From positions 1 through 63,629 of IMG/VR virus record IMGVR_UViG_3300019781_000017: DNA of 63,629 nucleotides. One strand, written 5' to 3'. Within the stretch, counting starts at the first letter, position 1, and each line of letters begins with the position of its first letter. The notes under the pieces are model-generated. The model was not told where the DNA came from. It made no database searches and was given only the letters and a program-made list of their open reading frames with translations. Source of the stretch: a virus (lineage: Duplodnaviria > Caudoviricetes). Shown here in pieces: positions 6,377 through 15,754 of the stretch. Both the position numbers and the translations under genes were made by a program.

Positions 6377-7519
6377 GTGGAAGACAATCAGACCATAGAC
6401 CCCAAGGTAATCGCTCGCCTGAAGAAGATGCTGCATCTCGCGCAGCACGGTTCGGCGAACGAGGGTGAAGCGAACAACGCCGCTGAGATCGCACAGAAGA
6501 TCATGATGGAGAACAACATCTCCATGGCGATGGTCGACGCGCACAGCGACGCACCCGAGGGCAGCGCACGCAAGAAGATCAAGGACGAAGGGAACGCCAA
6601 GTATGCGTTCCAGCGGGACCTGATGGCAGCGTGCTGCGATGTCAACTATGTGTTCCAGGAAGTGCGCTATGACTACTCGGGTCGCTACCCGAAGGCGTTG
6701 GGCTACACCCTGATCGGGCGCGAAGCCAATGTGGTCGGAGCGAAGCTCCTGTTCGAATACCTGTTCCAGACCATCGACCGCCTTGCGGTGGACTACGTCG
6801 GCAACCCTACGCTGGCAAGCGGCATTGCGGGGAACAGCTTCAAGGAAGGTTGCTCCGCTCGCATTGGTGAGCGCCTGCGTGACCGCCACCGCACGCAACT
6901 CGCTGAGCAGGCCCGCGCAGCACGTGAAGCCAACGTGGCAGCCCGTCACCCGGCGAGCAGCGGAACGGCGCTCACTGTGGTCATGGAAGACGTCGCGCAG
7001 ACCGAGCGTGACCACAACGAAGATCTGCGTCTCGGCAAGCCCGAGGGATACACCGCCAACAAGCGCCTGATGGCAACCCGGCGGTCGGAAATCGAAGCGG
7101 CACTCAATGACGCGTTCGTTCCGCTGCGCAAGACGGTCGGTGACCGCGAAGTGCTCCGGCAGGCGGCCCGCGCGGCGTTCGAAGCGCTGTGCATCAACCG
7201 CTCCTGGAAAGTGGACGACGAGCTGGAGTCCATCTTCGACCGCGAAGTGCAGCGCCAGATCTCCTCGCACATGGACATCTATAACGAAGCGGTCCGCTAC
7301 GCCAAGATGACCCCGTTGCAGCGCCAGCGCGAAGCGGAAAAGGAAGCACGCGAAAGCGCTCGCTACTGGGCACGATATGACCGCTACTATTCGCGCCAGT
7401 CCGGCCGCGCTGCACCTTCCGCAGTGGACCGCGCTGCCTACGAAGCGGGTCAGGCTACCGGCAGCACTGTGGGGCTCGACGCCCAGGTCGGTGCTGAAAC
7501 CCGGAAGTCAATCAAGTGA
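6377..7519 (+). CDS. DUF2786-type protein
   Basis: N-terminal KVIARLKKMLHLA...NEGEA..A...AQKIM; own promoter at 6319-6346 and CAGGAG RBS. Confidence 0.75.
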   Translation: MEDNQTIDPKVIARLKKMLHLAQHGSANEGEANNAAEIAQKIMMENNISMAMVDAHSDAPEGSARKKIKDEGNAKYAFQRDLMAACCDVNYVFQEVRYDYSGRYPKALGYTLIGREANVVGAKLLFEYLFQTIDRLAVDYVGNPTLASGIAGNSFKEGCSARIGERLRDRHRTQLAEQARAAREANVAARHPASSGTALTVVMEDVAQTERDHNEDLRLGKPEGYTANKRLMATRRSEIEAALNDAFVPLRKTVGDREVLRQAARAAFEALCINRSWKVDDELESIFDREVQRQISSHMDIYNEAVRYAKMTPLQRQREAEKEARESARYWARYDRYYSRQSGRAAPSAVDRAAYEAGQATGSTVGLDAQVGAETRKSIK

Positions 7520-7710
7520 GCGTGCTTCGCTGGATCTGGAGGGACTGGTCCCGCGCGCCCATCTCCGGCACGATGTGCCTCATGGCGCAGGGGATGTCAG
7601 GTGTGCAGTTCTTGAACGGTAACATCGACCGGGGCCTGCTGTGGCTCATCCTTGCGTCGATTTGGGTTGCGACCCGTGGGCCCATGGAGGCGGAAGATGA
7701 AGTTGAGTGA
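7516..7710 (+). CDS. small membrane protein
   Basis: hydrophobic segments; coupled. Confidence 0.55.
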   Translation: MSVLRWIWRDWSRAPISGTMCLMAQGMSGVQFLNGNIDRGLLWLILASIWVATRGPMEAEDEVE

Positions 7711-7936
7711 CCGCCAGCGCGACCACCTCTGGAACACCTTGCGCGGTTGCGGGTGCTCCGAGGAGTGGTTGATGCATCATGGGGAATACCTCTGCGAGAA
7801 CATCGCTGCACTGATTCAGCGCCCAGCTCCCGAGGTGCGTGAGGTTGTGCGCCACGTTCACCATAGCAGCCCCGCACCATCTGATTTCGGTTTCGGTATG
7901 GCGGTAGGCATCGCCGTTGGAGGTATGTTCCCATGA
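7697..7936 (+). CDS. hypothetical protein
   Basis: GGAGG RBS; C-terminal hydrophobic tail. Confidence 0.6.
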   Translation: MKLSDRQRDHLWNTLRGCGCSEEWLMHHGEYLCENIAALIQRPAPEVREVVRHVHHSSPAPSDFGFGMAVGIAVGGMFP

Positions 7937-8292
7937 AGTATATCATGCTCGAGACGGAAGAGGGGATGAAGCTCCCCATCATCTTCCCCGACGTCCTGAC
8001 CCATTGCTTCGTCGCGGGTGCCATGCAGCTTGTCATGGACACGCTCGACCCGAAGAAGGACTTGCGCCCCCGCCAGCTCGATGACATGCTGAAGCGGGGC
8101 AGCGCTCCGCCCGTTAGCGCGGGGTTCGTTAACATCGTCGGAGACGTCACTGTCTACGGCGAATCCGAGTCACTGGGCGGAGTGAAGAGCGTTCCCGCGG
8201 ACGCTGCCCGGATCCTGATGGGTGACGCCATCCAGTTCATGCCTGATAGCATGTGCGAACTACTGATGGAGAAGCTACGTGACGGAACATAA
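7933..8292 (+). CDS. hypothetical phage protein
   Basis: MKYIM...PIIFP...VSAGFV...GESESLG; GGAGG RBS. Confidence 0.75.
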   Translation: MKYIMLETEEGMKLPIIFPDVLTHCFVAGAMQLVMDTLDPKKDLRPRQLDDMLKRGSAPPVSAGFVNIVGDVTVYGESESLGGVKSVPADAARILMGDAIQFMPDSMCELLMEKLRDGT

Positions 8293-8521
8293 GAACGACG
8301 AGCGCAACTGGATTGTTGCAGTGCTCACGAACGGCTGGATGAAAGTCGCATTCGCTGAGCAGGCGGAGAACATCGCGCGCCAGAAGGCTGAAGCGATGTC
8401 GCTCGACCCCGTGGGCACGAAGTGCGATCTGGAAGAGCACGACCTGTCGCTGGTCGAAGCGGTGTTCGTCTACGAGCGCAAGGGCACGGTCCGCGCCGAG
8501 AAGATTGCGAAGTGGAGCTGA
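8279..8521 (+). CDS. hypothetical protein
   Basis: coupled ORF. Confidence 0.6.
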   Translation: MTEHKNDERNWIVAVLTNGWMKVAFAEQAENIARQKAEAMSLDPVGTKCDLEEHDLSLVEAVFVYERKGTVRAEKIAKWS

Positions 8522-8522
8522 C

Positions 8523-8831
8523 ATGCAAGCGTGCAATTTCGCCGGTGCCCACGCGGTAGGCAAACCGAAGGACTGGATCCCTGAGCTCGATGGTGAGTGT
8601 GGCACCATCTTCTGCATGGACCAGATGAACGATCAGCTGGGATATAACTTCAAGTATTCCATCTACAAGCCCACCGAGGCTGACCTCGCTGTGCTGAACG
8701 CTGGTGGCGCGCTGCGCCTGGGCATCATGTGTGACGGCCACCCGGTCTTCAACATGGTCTGCCTGGACAAGACCATCTGCGACGAAATCAACCTCACTCC
8801 CATGTGGGACCTTGGAGAACCTGTGAAATGA
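8523..8831 (+). CDS. hypothetical protein
   Basis: GKPKDW...CGTI...KPTEADLAVLNAGG...HP; GGAG RBS. Confidence 0.7.
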   Translation: MQACNFAGAHAVGKPKDWIPELDGECGTIFCMDQMNDQLGYNFKYSIYKPTEADLAVLNAGGALRLGIMCDGHPVFNMVCLDKTICDEINLTPMWDLGEPVK

Positions 8832-9286
8832 GCAAGACCCCGATATTCGACGAGTTCTTCCGCCAGCGTTCCGACGTCGTGGAAGCGAGCCAGACCCCGC
8901 GCACTGTCACCTTCAGTTACGAGGGGTGGAACAAGGCGCAGCTCGAGACGTTGGCGGGCGATAACATCAAATACACCCCGCCGACGTATTGCGGGCTCCC
9001 GCACATGGTCGACCCGAACCAGACCGCGCCCATTGTGGTCACCCACGAATATCCTCACGAGGTGCAAGCGCGCCTCAAGCAACCGTTCCGCAGGCAGAAC
9101 GCCATCACCGTCAAGATTGACGGGATCATGTCCGGCGCACCTGTGGTCGAGATCCTTGCTGCCAACCTCACCGCTGCGCAGCTCTGCGACATTGCGCGTG
9201 CGTGGCTGGACGCCGACTGCCAGAAGTGGGGCAAGTTCGAAACCGATCTCGACAAGGTCATCACCGAGCATGGACGCTTCGACTAA
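8828..9286 (+). CDS. hypothetical protein
   Basis: ATGA overlap; GGAG RBS. Confidence 0.7.
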   Translation: MSKTPIFDEFFRQRSDVVEASQTPRTVTFSYEGWNKAQLETLAGDNIKYTPPTYCGLPHMVDPNQTAPIVVTHEYPHEVQARLKQPFRRQNAITVKIDGIMSGAPVVEILAANLTAAQLCDIARAWLDADCQKWGKFETDLDKVITEHGRFD

Positions 9287-9365
9287 CGAAAACGCTTGCG
9301 ATGCGGGGCCACCAGCCGCTAAGCAAGTGTTGCGCTGCAAAGCGCCCAACAAGGGGCGCCATCGT

Positions 9366-9464
9366 TTGGAGTTGTCGATAGCCTATCCGTTCCGGTGCGA
9401 GGGGTGTGGATATCATTTCCGAACGATGGCAAACCTCCGCGACCATCAGAGGGGCTTCCAATGA
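9366..9464 (+). CDS. 32-aa zinc-finger-like microprotein (start uncertain)
   Basis: PFRCEGCGYHFRTMANLRDHQR; downstream of promoter 9296-9325; ATGA-coupled to the next gene. Confidence 0.45.
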   Translation: MELSIAYPFRCEGCGYHFRTMANLRDHQRGFQ

Positions 9465-9676
9465 CGATTAGAGGTTATCCGCACAAGCCAGTCCTGCATG
9501 ACTGCCATCACTGCAACGGAACTGGGCGGATCAAGACACCCTTCCCGCCTTGGTCGCACGGTTGCACTTCATGCAATGAAACGGGCATCGCTGGCAATGC
9601 CGCTGTCCCCGTGTTCATCGTTCTGGTCGCTTTCCTTCTCGGGGGAATCGGCCTTTTGTTTTGGCTGTTCGGATAG
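9461..9676 (+). CDS. DnaJ-type CxxCxGxG zinc finger with C-terminal TM helix
   Basis: CHHCNGTG...CTSCNETG plus hydrophobic tail. Confidence 0.65.
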   Translation: MTIRGYPHKPVLHDCHHCNGTGRIKTPFPPWSHGCTSCNETGIAGNAAVPVFIVLVAFLLGGIGLLFWLFG

Positions 9677-9684
9677 GAGATATT

Positions 9685-10131
9685 ATGGAACATGACAACG
9701 GCCTGAGCTTCAAGACGCTCAGGGAAGCGAACAAGCGGCGCCTGCCGCAGTTCAAGGACGCTCAAGGGCGCACAGCGCACGCGCTGCCCGACGGGTCGGA
9801 CTGGTCGCCCGCGGAATGGGGGCAGGCTGTGCTCGGGGAGTTGGGCGAACTGGCCAACCTCGAGAAGAAGATTAAGCGGGGTGACTTCGACATGGACAAC
9901 CCCGAGGTCGCTCTTGAAGTGCAGACCGAGGTTGCGCGCGAGTTCGCTGACATCGTCACCTACCTCGACATCTACGCAATGCAGCGCGGTGTCGACCTGG
10001 GCGAAGCGACCCGCATGAAGTTCAACGAAGTGTCCCGCCGCGTGAAGGCATCTGTCTTCATTGCGAAGCATGACACGCTCCTCGTGATCGATCCCGGTCA
10101 GATGGAGCTTGACTTCGAGCGTCCCCTGTGA
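9685..10131 (+). CDS. MazG-like nucleotide pyrophosphohydrolase
   Basis: GELGELAN..KK...REFADIV. Confidence 0.75.
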   Translation: MEHDNGLSFKTLREANKRRLPQFKDAQGRTAHALPDGSDWSPAEWGQAVLGELGELANLEKKIKRGDFDMDNPEVALEVQTEVAREFADIVTYLDIYAMQRGVDLGEATRMKFNEVSRRVKASVFIAKHDTLLVIDPGQMELDFERPL

Positions 10132-10310
10132 GGGCGTCCATTACAATCGAGACCCGCCGCTTGCCCTCGGGCAAGCTGGAGGTGCTGCTCGAGCGGTCGA
10201 CGGGATTCGGACGTGACAGCAAGCTCCACCGCGAGCTGTTCGAACTGCCCGACAACGAAACGACGTCTCTCCTGGAGACGCACTTGCGGAGGGTGACCAC
10301 AGGTGGCTGA
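10128..10310 (+). CDS. hypothetical protein
   Basis: coupled ORF. Confidence 0.5.
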   Translation: MRASITIETRRLPSGKLEVLLERSTGFGRDSKLHRELFELPDNETTSLLETHLRRVTTGG

Positions 10311-10686
10311 CGATCCCATCAACCCGAAGCACTATGCGGGGACCGAGTGCGCGCAGATCGGTGAGCGTCTGACCGGCAATAGCTATCAGGTGCTCAAGTA
10401 TAACTGGCGCTTGGGCAAGAAGGACGCTGCCACCATTGAGGTTGGCAAGTCAATCTGGTATCTCGACCGCGAGATCGAACTTGCCTACGGCGGGTGGCGT
10501 CCCAGCAACGGTCTTATCCTGCCGCCGGACAACTGGTTCTATGAGCTCTACAAGGATCAGAGCGACTATGTCCAGGCCTGCGCCATCAACCTTATCAACT
10601 GGAACCGGCACGCGGACAGGGATTGCTTGCATGTCCTGCGCGTCGAGCTGACGACCATGTTGACCACACTCCAGGAGAATAACTAA
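10303..10686 (+). CDS. DUF3310-like protein
   Basis: DPINPKHY...EC...KYNWRLGKKD...KSIWYLDR. Confidence 0.75.
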   Translation: MADDPINPKHYAGTECAQIGERLTGNSYQVLKYNWRLGKKDAATIEVGKSIWYLDREIELAYGGWRPSNGLILPPDNWFYELYKDQSDYVQACAINLINWNRHADRDCLHVLRVELTTMLTTLQENN

Positions 10687-11198
10687 TGAGCTTGCGCGCA
10701 GCGGTCGAGAAGGCCAAGGGACAGTTCCTCTTCTACGCGAAGCAACACCGCGACAAGTATGGGCCGGGGATGCCCCCGATGCTGCCTGCGGACGAAGCTA
10801 AGACCCGCGAGAAGGCGCTGGTCAACGAAGAGCTGGCTGCCGAGATGCAAGCCGCGCTTGACGACGAGCCGTTCGACGTGCTGGCCCTGGAGAAGGTGCA
10901 GGACTACCGCTTCGGCACGCTCACCAAGGGGACGCACTACAGCTTCGCACGGGGGCTCACCATCAGCCCGACGCACCTGCCTGCCGCGCTGGACGCTATG
11001 CTGCGCGACGGGTTCAAGCTGGTCTGCATGTTCGGGGAAGCGGTCAGCGACAAGATGGGGCTCATCTTTGAGCATGTGGGCCCGGACCCGCGCGTGCAAG
11101 GGTTGCTCGAAGCCAACACGGCACTTGTCCTGAAGAACCGGGAACTGAAGGCAGCTTACGACGAGCTGAAGTTCCGCATGGACGGTCTGGAGAAGTGA
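10686..11198 (+). CDS. hypothetical protein
   Basis: AGGAG RBS; TAATG coupling. Confidence 0.7.
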   Translation: MSLRAAVEKAKGQFLFYAKQHRDKYGPGMPPMLPADEAKTREKALVNEELAAEMQAALDDEPFDVLALEKVQDYRFGTLTKGTHYSFARGLTISPTHLPAALDAMLRDGFKLVCMFGEAVSDKMGLIFEHVGPDPRVQGLLEANTALVLKNRELKAAYDELKFRMDGLEK

Positions 11199-11584
11199 GT
11201 AACGAGGTCATCCTGACCTGCGGCCACTGCGAAGGGAAGAACCCGCGCCCCTTGCCTTATCCAATGAACGAACCGGATAAGTGCCAGGAGTGCGGTGTCC
11301 CTTTCCGCACGCATCTGGACGTCCTGCTAATGGAGGCGAAGTTCGTCACCCGGCAGATCAGACAGAGCAAGTGGGGCAGCTTTATCGAAGCGGTCGCGAA
11401 CACGGCCATTGGATACGTCATTGCGCTGGTCTGTATGCGCGTCATCATGTGGGCCTACGACTTCCCGATGGGCACGCGCGAGACGAGTATTGTGGTCATG
11501 TGGATGACCGTTGTTTCGGTGTTGCGCGGTTACGTAATCCGCCGTATGTGGAACGCACAGTTTTGGAGGCGCAAGCGTGGTTGA
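11195..11584 (+). CDS. Zn ribbon plus two-TM phage membrane protein
   Basis: CGHC...CQEC then QSKWGSFIEAVANTAIG...SVLRGYVIRR. Confidence 0.7.
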   Translation: MSNEVILTCGHCEGKNPRPLPYPMNEPDKCQECGVPFRTHLDVLLMEAKFVTRQIRQSKWGSFIEAVANTAIGYVIALVCMRVIMWAYDFPMGTRETSIVVMWMTVVSVLRGYVIRRMWNAQFWRRKRG

Positions 11585-11816
11585 GGATTACGAAACCTCG
11601 ATGCGCCGACAGTATCGCCAGTCACAGGGGTTCGCCCATGTGCATAAGGATGAACCAGAACCGACGAACCGGCATATGCGCAGGCGTCTGAAAGCAAAGG
11701 AGCGAGCGAGTGGGAATCGACGTCAGGCAGAAGGGTGCGGAGGGGGAGCGGCAGGTCATCAAGATGCTCACCCCGATCATCCAGCAGGTGATGCGGGACA
11801 TGGAGTTCCCGGCTGA
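11577..11816 (+). CDS. hypothetical protein (uncertain, overlaps next gene)
   Basis: GGAGG RBS; fills the gap. Confidence 0.35.
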   Translation: MVEDYETSMRRQYRQSQGFAHVHKDEPEPTNRHMRRRLKAKERASGNRRQAEGCGGGAAGHQDAHPDHPAGDAGHGVPG

Positions 11817-12183
11817 CAAGGTGGAAGCGGCGCTCAAGATGGTGCAGCGCAATCAGAACCAAAGCGCTGTCGGCGGGAACGACCTGTCCAACACCTTCGG
11901 GCTATCTATCGAAGTGAAGCGGCAGGAGCAGCTTGCCATCAACACATGGTGGGCACAGTGCGAGAACGCTGCGGCTCGCAACAACGAGCTCCCGGTCCTT
12001 ATCTTCAAGCAGAACAATAAGCCCTGGCGGTTCATCACGCTGGGCTTCTTGCACGTCCCCGCGGAGCGCGGCGCCTGGAGCAGCTTGCGCGCACGGGTCG
12101 AATTCAACGAGGAGACTTTCAAGAAGTGGTTCGCGGAATGGGTCCGGGGGCAACTGCTGAATGGCTGGGAGGCACGGATCTAA
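11710..12183 (+). CDS. PD-(D/E)xK nuclease, Holliday-junction-resolvase-like
   Basis: RQKGAEGERQV...GNDL...IEVKRQE...WW.Q...PVLIFKQN. Confidence 0.75.
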   Translation: MGIDVRQKGAEGERQVIKMLTPIIQQVMRDMEFPADKVEAALKMVQRNQNQSAVGGNDLSNTFGLSIEVKRQEQLAINTWWAQCENAAARNNELPVLIFKQNNKPWRFITLGFLHVPAERGAWSSLRARVEFNEETFKKWFAEWVRGQLLNGWEARI

Positions 12184-12608
12184 TGGATGAGAAGTATTGG
12201 CTGAAGTCCCGCATCAAGTGGGACAAGCACATCAACGGTGAGGACGGCTTGCCAGTGCTGTTCATCAAGCATCTGTTTCACTGGGCCGGCCGGCGCATCG
12301 ACCTGCACAAGATCGTCTGGCCCGATCAGTGGGAGTGCTTCCACAGCCACCCCGCAAGCTGGGCTATCCGAATCATCCTGTGGGGCGGTTACGTCGAGGA
12401 AATGCACGACGGCACGATGCGCCGCTGGTGGCCCGGTAAGATCGGCATCGTTCGGAACACCGACGTCCACCGCATTAACCGCTTGCTAAGGGAGCGGCCC
12501 TCCTATAGCTTGTGGCTTAGGGGCAAGGTTCGCCATCCAACCGGATTGTTCGGAACGGGATGGCCGGTCGAGCTTCAGAACACCTATCACAAGTCAAGCG
12601 AGGAATAA
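12183..12608 (+). CDS. cupin-like protein
   Basis: FHSHP...IILWGGYVEE...VHRI. Confidence 0.65.
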   Translation: MDEKYWLKSRIKWDKHINGEDGLPVLFIKHLFHWAGRRIDLHKIVWPDQWECFHSHPASWAIRIILWGGYVEEMHDGTMRRWWPGKIGIVRNTDVHRINRLLRERPSYSLWLRGKVRHPTGLFGTGWPVELQNTYHKSSEE

Positions 12609-12609
12609 C

Positions 12610-12807
12610 ATGGTTCGGAATGCTGGAGAGTTCATTGCCTGCGTTGAGCAGGGTGCGAGCATGGGCATCCGCCCTGAGTCCCGCATCCTTGCTCGCAAGG
12701 GTGAGTTAGGTGCCGAGCACGTCATTGAGCACGTCAAGGTCCGCAGGGGCCGGGACGGCAAGATGGAAATGATCGTGCAGATTGCGGAGCGCCCGAACGA
12801 TGGATGA
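12610..12807 (+). CDS. hypothetical protein
   Basis: GAGGA RBS. Confidence 0.6.
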   Translation: MVRNAGEFIACVEQGASMGIRPESRILARKGELGAEHVIEHVKVRRGRDGKMEMIVQIAERPNDG

Positions 12808-13084
12808 GACGGTGGCGGAGGCTGTGGTCAACGATCCCACAGTTCCCCAACGCCTGTCGATCGACCCGAACAGCCCGGACTTCCATCCGTCGTATGTGCG
12901 GGTCGGCGTCCGGGTGGATGGGAAGGAGCGTAACGACCTCCAATGGTATGACGTTCAGAAGCTGGAGTATATGACCACAGCCAAGACGTCGCACCTCGCA
13001 ACTTCAATCGAGCCCTATTGGCGCTGGGAAGAGAACCGTCAGCAGCGCCGGGCCCGCGAACGCTGGGAAGGGAAGCGCAAATGA
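12800..13084 (+). CDS. hypothetical protein (DUF3297-like)
   Basis: PQRLSIDPNSPDF...VGVRVDGKER. Confidence 0.6.
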   Translation: MDETVAEAVVNDPTVPQRLSIDPNSPDFHPSYVRVGVRVDGKERNDLQWYDVQKLEYMTTAKTSHLATSIEPYWRWEENRQQRRARERWEGKRK

Positions 13085-13341
13085 ACGTGCCCGATTCTGT
13101 CACTGCTATCGAGAAGCTGTCCAAAGAGATGCAGGACGCGGCTAACACCGCCCAGCATTCCTCAGCTCGCTACGAAGCGCACCTGACGCTCTATAACGTC
13201 GCCTGTATGCAGGGTGACGACAAAGAGATCGAGGTGCAGCGCCTTGCGGTGCTCAGCCAGATCGAATCGCTCCTGGATGCCAGCTTCAACCTTTACTCAC
13301 GTCGGCGCATGATTGCGGATATTCAGCGCAACGTAACCTAG
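13081..13341 (+). CDS. hypothetical protein
   Basis: ATGA overlap. Confidence 0.65.
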   Translation: MNVPDSVTAIEKLSKEMQDAANTAQHSSARYEAHLTLYNVACMQGDDKEIEVQRLAVLSQIESLLDASFNLYSRRRMIADIQRNVT

Positions 13342-13363
13342 TTCAACGGACGTGACTTTCCGC

Positions 13364-13392
13364 TTGCGTCTGTGCGCGGGCTTCCCTATAGC
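13364..13392 (+). promoter_or_regulatory. sigma70-type promoter
   Basis: TTGCGT-N17-TATAGC. Confidence 0.55.
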
Positions 13393-13420
13393 ATGTGCAT
13401 AGACGCAAAGGAACAAGCAA

Positions 13421-14935
13421 ATGGCCGGACTTAATCTAGACGTTAGCAAAGTGAAGCCCCACGAAGGGTTCGGTGACATCCTATCCGAGGTGGATACCAG
13501 CACCCGCTGGAGCAGCTTCCAGACCTCCATCTTTGCTTTCGTTGAGACCGGCACTGGCAACGCCATTGTGGAAGCGGTCGCAGGGTCGGGCAAGTCCACC
13601 ACCATAATCGAAGCGATGAAGCTGGTGAAGGGGCAGTCCATCTTCCTTGCTTTCAACAAGGCGATCGCAGACGAGCTGAAGCACAAGGGCGTCAACGCGC
13701 GCACCTTCCACTCGCTGGTCTTCAGCCCCGTTATGCGTGCCAAGGGTGCGCAGAACCCGACCATGGATAAGCTCCGGAAGCTGTGCCGGGAGAATATGTC
13801 GCGGGACGAGTTCACCCTATATGCGCCGTTCGCGCAGAAGCTGGTGGGCTTGGCGAAGCAACAGGGCGTCGGGTTCCTCACCCCGGACACGATGGCAACA
13901 TACCAGGCCATCTGCAATCACCACAACCTCGAGCCCGAGTCGGACCGTGCAGACCTCGGCACCGGCATGGAGTTTGCGCAGCTTCTGCTCCAGTGGAGCA
14001 ACGAGTCCGACATGGTGGACTTCGACGACATGCTCTACTGGGCGGTGCGCGACCAGATCCGTCTGCCCAAGTTCGACTTTGTGTTCGTTGACGAAGCTCA
14101 GGATACCAATATGATCCAGCGGGAAATCCTGCGGATGATTATGGGTCCGAACAGCCGCATGATTGCAGTGGGCGATCCGGCGCAGGCCATCTACGGGTTC
14201 CGCGGTGCGGATGCAGCGTCGCTGAGCAACATCGGACGCGAGTTCAACGCGGTGACCCTGCCGCTGAGCATCAGCTACCGCTGCCCGACCAGTGTGGTCA
14301 AGTATGCGCAGCAATGGGTCAGCCACATTCAGGCAGCGCCCAACGCGGCCGAGGGTCTGGTTGAACACCACGAGCAGGACTGGGAACCTGCAATGTTCCT
14401 TCCGAACGACTTGGTCGTGTGCCGCAAGTCGGCCCCGCTGCTCCAGGTTGCGTTCCGGTGCATCCGTGCCAGCATCCCTGTCCAGGTGTTGGGCAAGGAG
14501 ATTGGTGAGGGTCTGAAGACGCTCATTGATAAGATGAACGCACGCGACCTGGAACACCTCACCGAGAAACTTCAGGCGTATATGATGCGCGAAGTGGAGA
14601 AGGCGAAGAAGGATGATGACGACGCCAAGGTGGAAGCGATCACCGACAAGGTAGGTTGCATCCTGTTTATGATCGACGGGCTGCAAGAAGACCGGCGGGA
14701 CATCGCTAGCCTGAAGGTTGGCATTGACTATCTGTTCAAGGATAAAGAGAAGTGCGTTAAGCTCTGCACCATCCACAAGTCGAAAGGCTTGGAAGCTGAC
14801 AGGGTGTTCTGGCTCGGTCGCAACGAGTGCCCCGCACAGTGGGCGCGCCGCGATTGGCAGCAAGTGGAGGAGATCAACCTTTGCTATGTTGCAGCCACCC
14901 GCGCCAAGCGCGAACTTCATATGATTGAGCTGTAA
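13421..14935 (+). CDS. UvrD/Rep-like SF1 helicase
   Basis: AVAGSGKST, VDEAQD, VGDPAQAIYGFRG, SYRCP, TIHKSKGLE, YVAATRA. Confidence 0.9.
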   Translation: MAGLNLDVSKVKPHEGFGDILSEVDTSTRWSSFQTSIFAFVETGTGNAIVEAVAGSGKSTTIIEAMKLVKGQSIFLAFNKAIADELKHKGVNARTFHSLVFSPVMRAKGAQNPTMDKLRKLCRENMSRDEFTLYAPFAQKLVGLAKQQGVGFLTPDTMATYQAICNHHNLEPESDRADLGTGMEFAQLLLQWSNESDMVDFDDMLYWAVRDQIRLPKFDFVFVDEAQDTNMIQREILRMIMGPNSRMIAVGDPAQAIYGFRGADAASLSNIGREFNAVTLPLSISYRCPTSVVKYAQQWVSHIQAAPNAAEGLVEHHEQDWEPAMFLPNDLVVCRKSAPLLQVAFRCIRASIPVQVLGKEIGEGLKTLIDKMNARDLEHLTEKLQAYMMREVEKAKKDDDDAKVEAITDKVGCILFMIDGLQEDRRDIASLKVGIDYLFKDKEKCVKLCTIHKSKGLEADRVFWLGRNECPAQWARRDWQQVEEINLCYVAATRAKRELHMIEL

Positions 14936-15012
14936 AAGAACCCCGCTGGGGGCCCGCACAGCCCCTAGCGGTGCGGGGGTGCGGCACAGCTACCCCGCGC
15001 GCTACAGCGGGC

Positions 15013-15031
15013 ACCCTGCCCCGGCGCTACC
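15013..15031 (+). repeat. 19-bp intergenic repeat, inverted copy at 40681-40699
   Basis: accctgccccggcgctacc is identical to the reverse complement of 40681-40699. Confidence 0.85.
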
Positions 15032-15115
15032 GGCCTGCAGCGTGCATCTAACGCTTACCGCTTGCGCAAGGCGCGATTCTCGTGCTACTGGTCGCTTATC
15101 AGCAGGGAAATCAGC

Positions 15116-15754
15116 ATGGCCACCAGCGCAGACAAGATTGCAGCAGCACTTCGACCGATCGCACCGGACGGCAAGCTGCTCGCCGCGGAGATCCCGCTGA
15201 TCAACAGCCTTGGTGACCTGTGGGACACCCGGCGCAGGGTCATCAGCGACCCTGCCACCGTATCCAGCATGGACCCCGCATGGGTGACCGCCGCTCGCTC
15301 CAAGATTGGCGAGAAGGAAATCCCTGGCAGCAAGAACAACCCGTGGATCGTATCCAACTGGCAGCGTCTTGGCGCCAAGTGGTTCAACGATGACGAGACT
15401 CCGTGGTGCGGCAACTTTGTCGCATGGGCGCTTGACGCCGCTGGACGTCCGTATCCGAAGGAGTTCCCGCGCGCGGCCAGCTTCAAGAATTATGGCACGG
15501 CGTGCGCAGCGCAAGTCGGCGCCATTGGCGTCAAGGCGCGTGTCGGTGGGAACCATGTGTTCATCATCGTGGGGCAGACCCCTGACAAGATGTATTACAA
15601 GGCGCTGGGCGGGAACCAAGGCAACGCGGTGAACATCATGGACATCAAGAAGGTTGACGTCGACGCCATCCGTTGGCCGACTGGTGCCCCCATCCCCGCA
15701 ACCCCTTATCTGCCGACGCTGCCCAAGGGCACCATCTCGGTCAATGAAGCATGA
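15116..15754 (+). CDS. endolysin, TIGR02594/CHAP-like cysteine peptidase
   Basis: PAWVTAARSKIGEKEIPG...DDETPWCG.FV...GNHV...LGGNQ. Confidence 0.85.
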   Translation: MATSADKIAAALRPIAPDGKLLAAEIPLINSLGDLWDTRRRVISDPATVSSMDPAWVTAARSKIGEKEIPGSKNNPWIVSNWQRLGAKWFNDDETPWCGNFVAWALDAAGRPYPKEFPRAASFKNYGTACAAQVGAIGVKARVGGNHVFIIVGQTPDKMYYKALGGNQGNAVNIMDIKKVDVDAIRWPTGAPIPATPYLPTLPKGTISVNEA

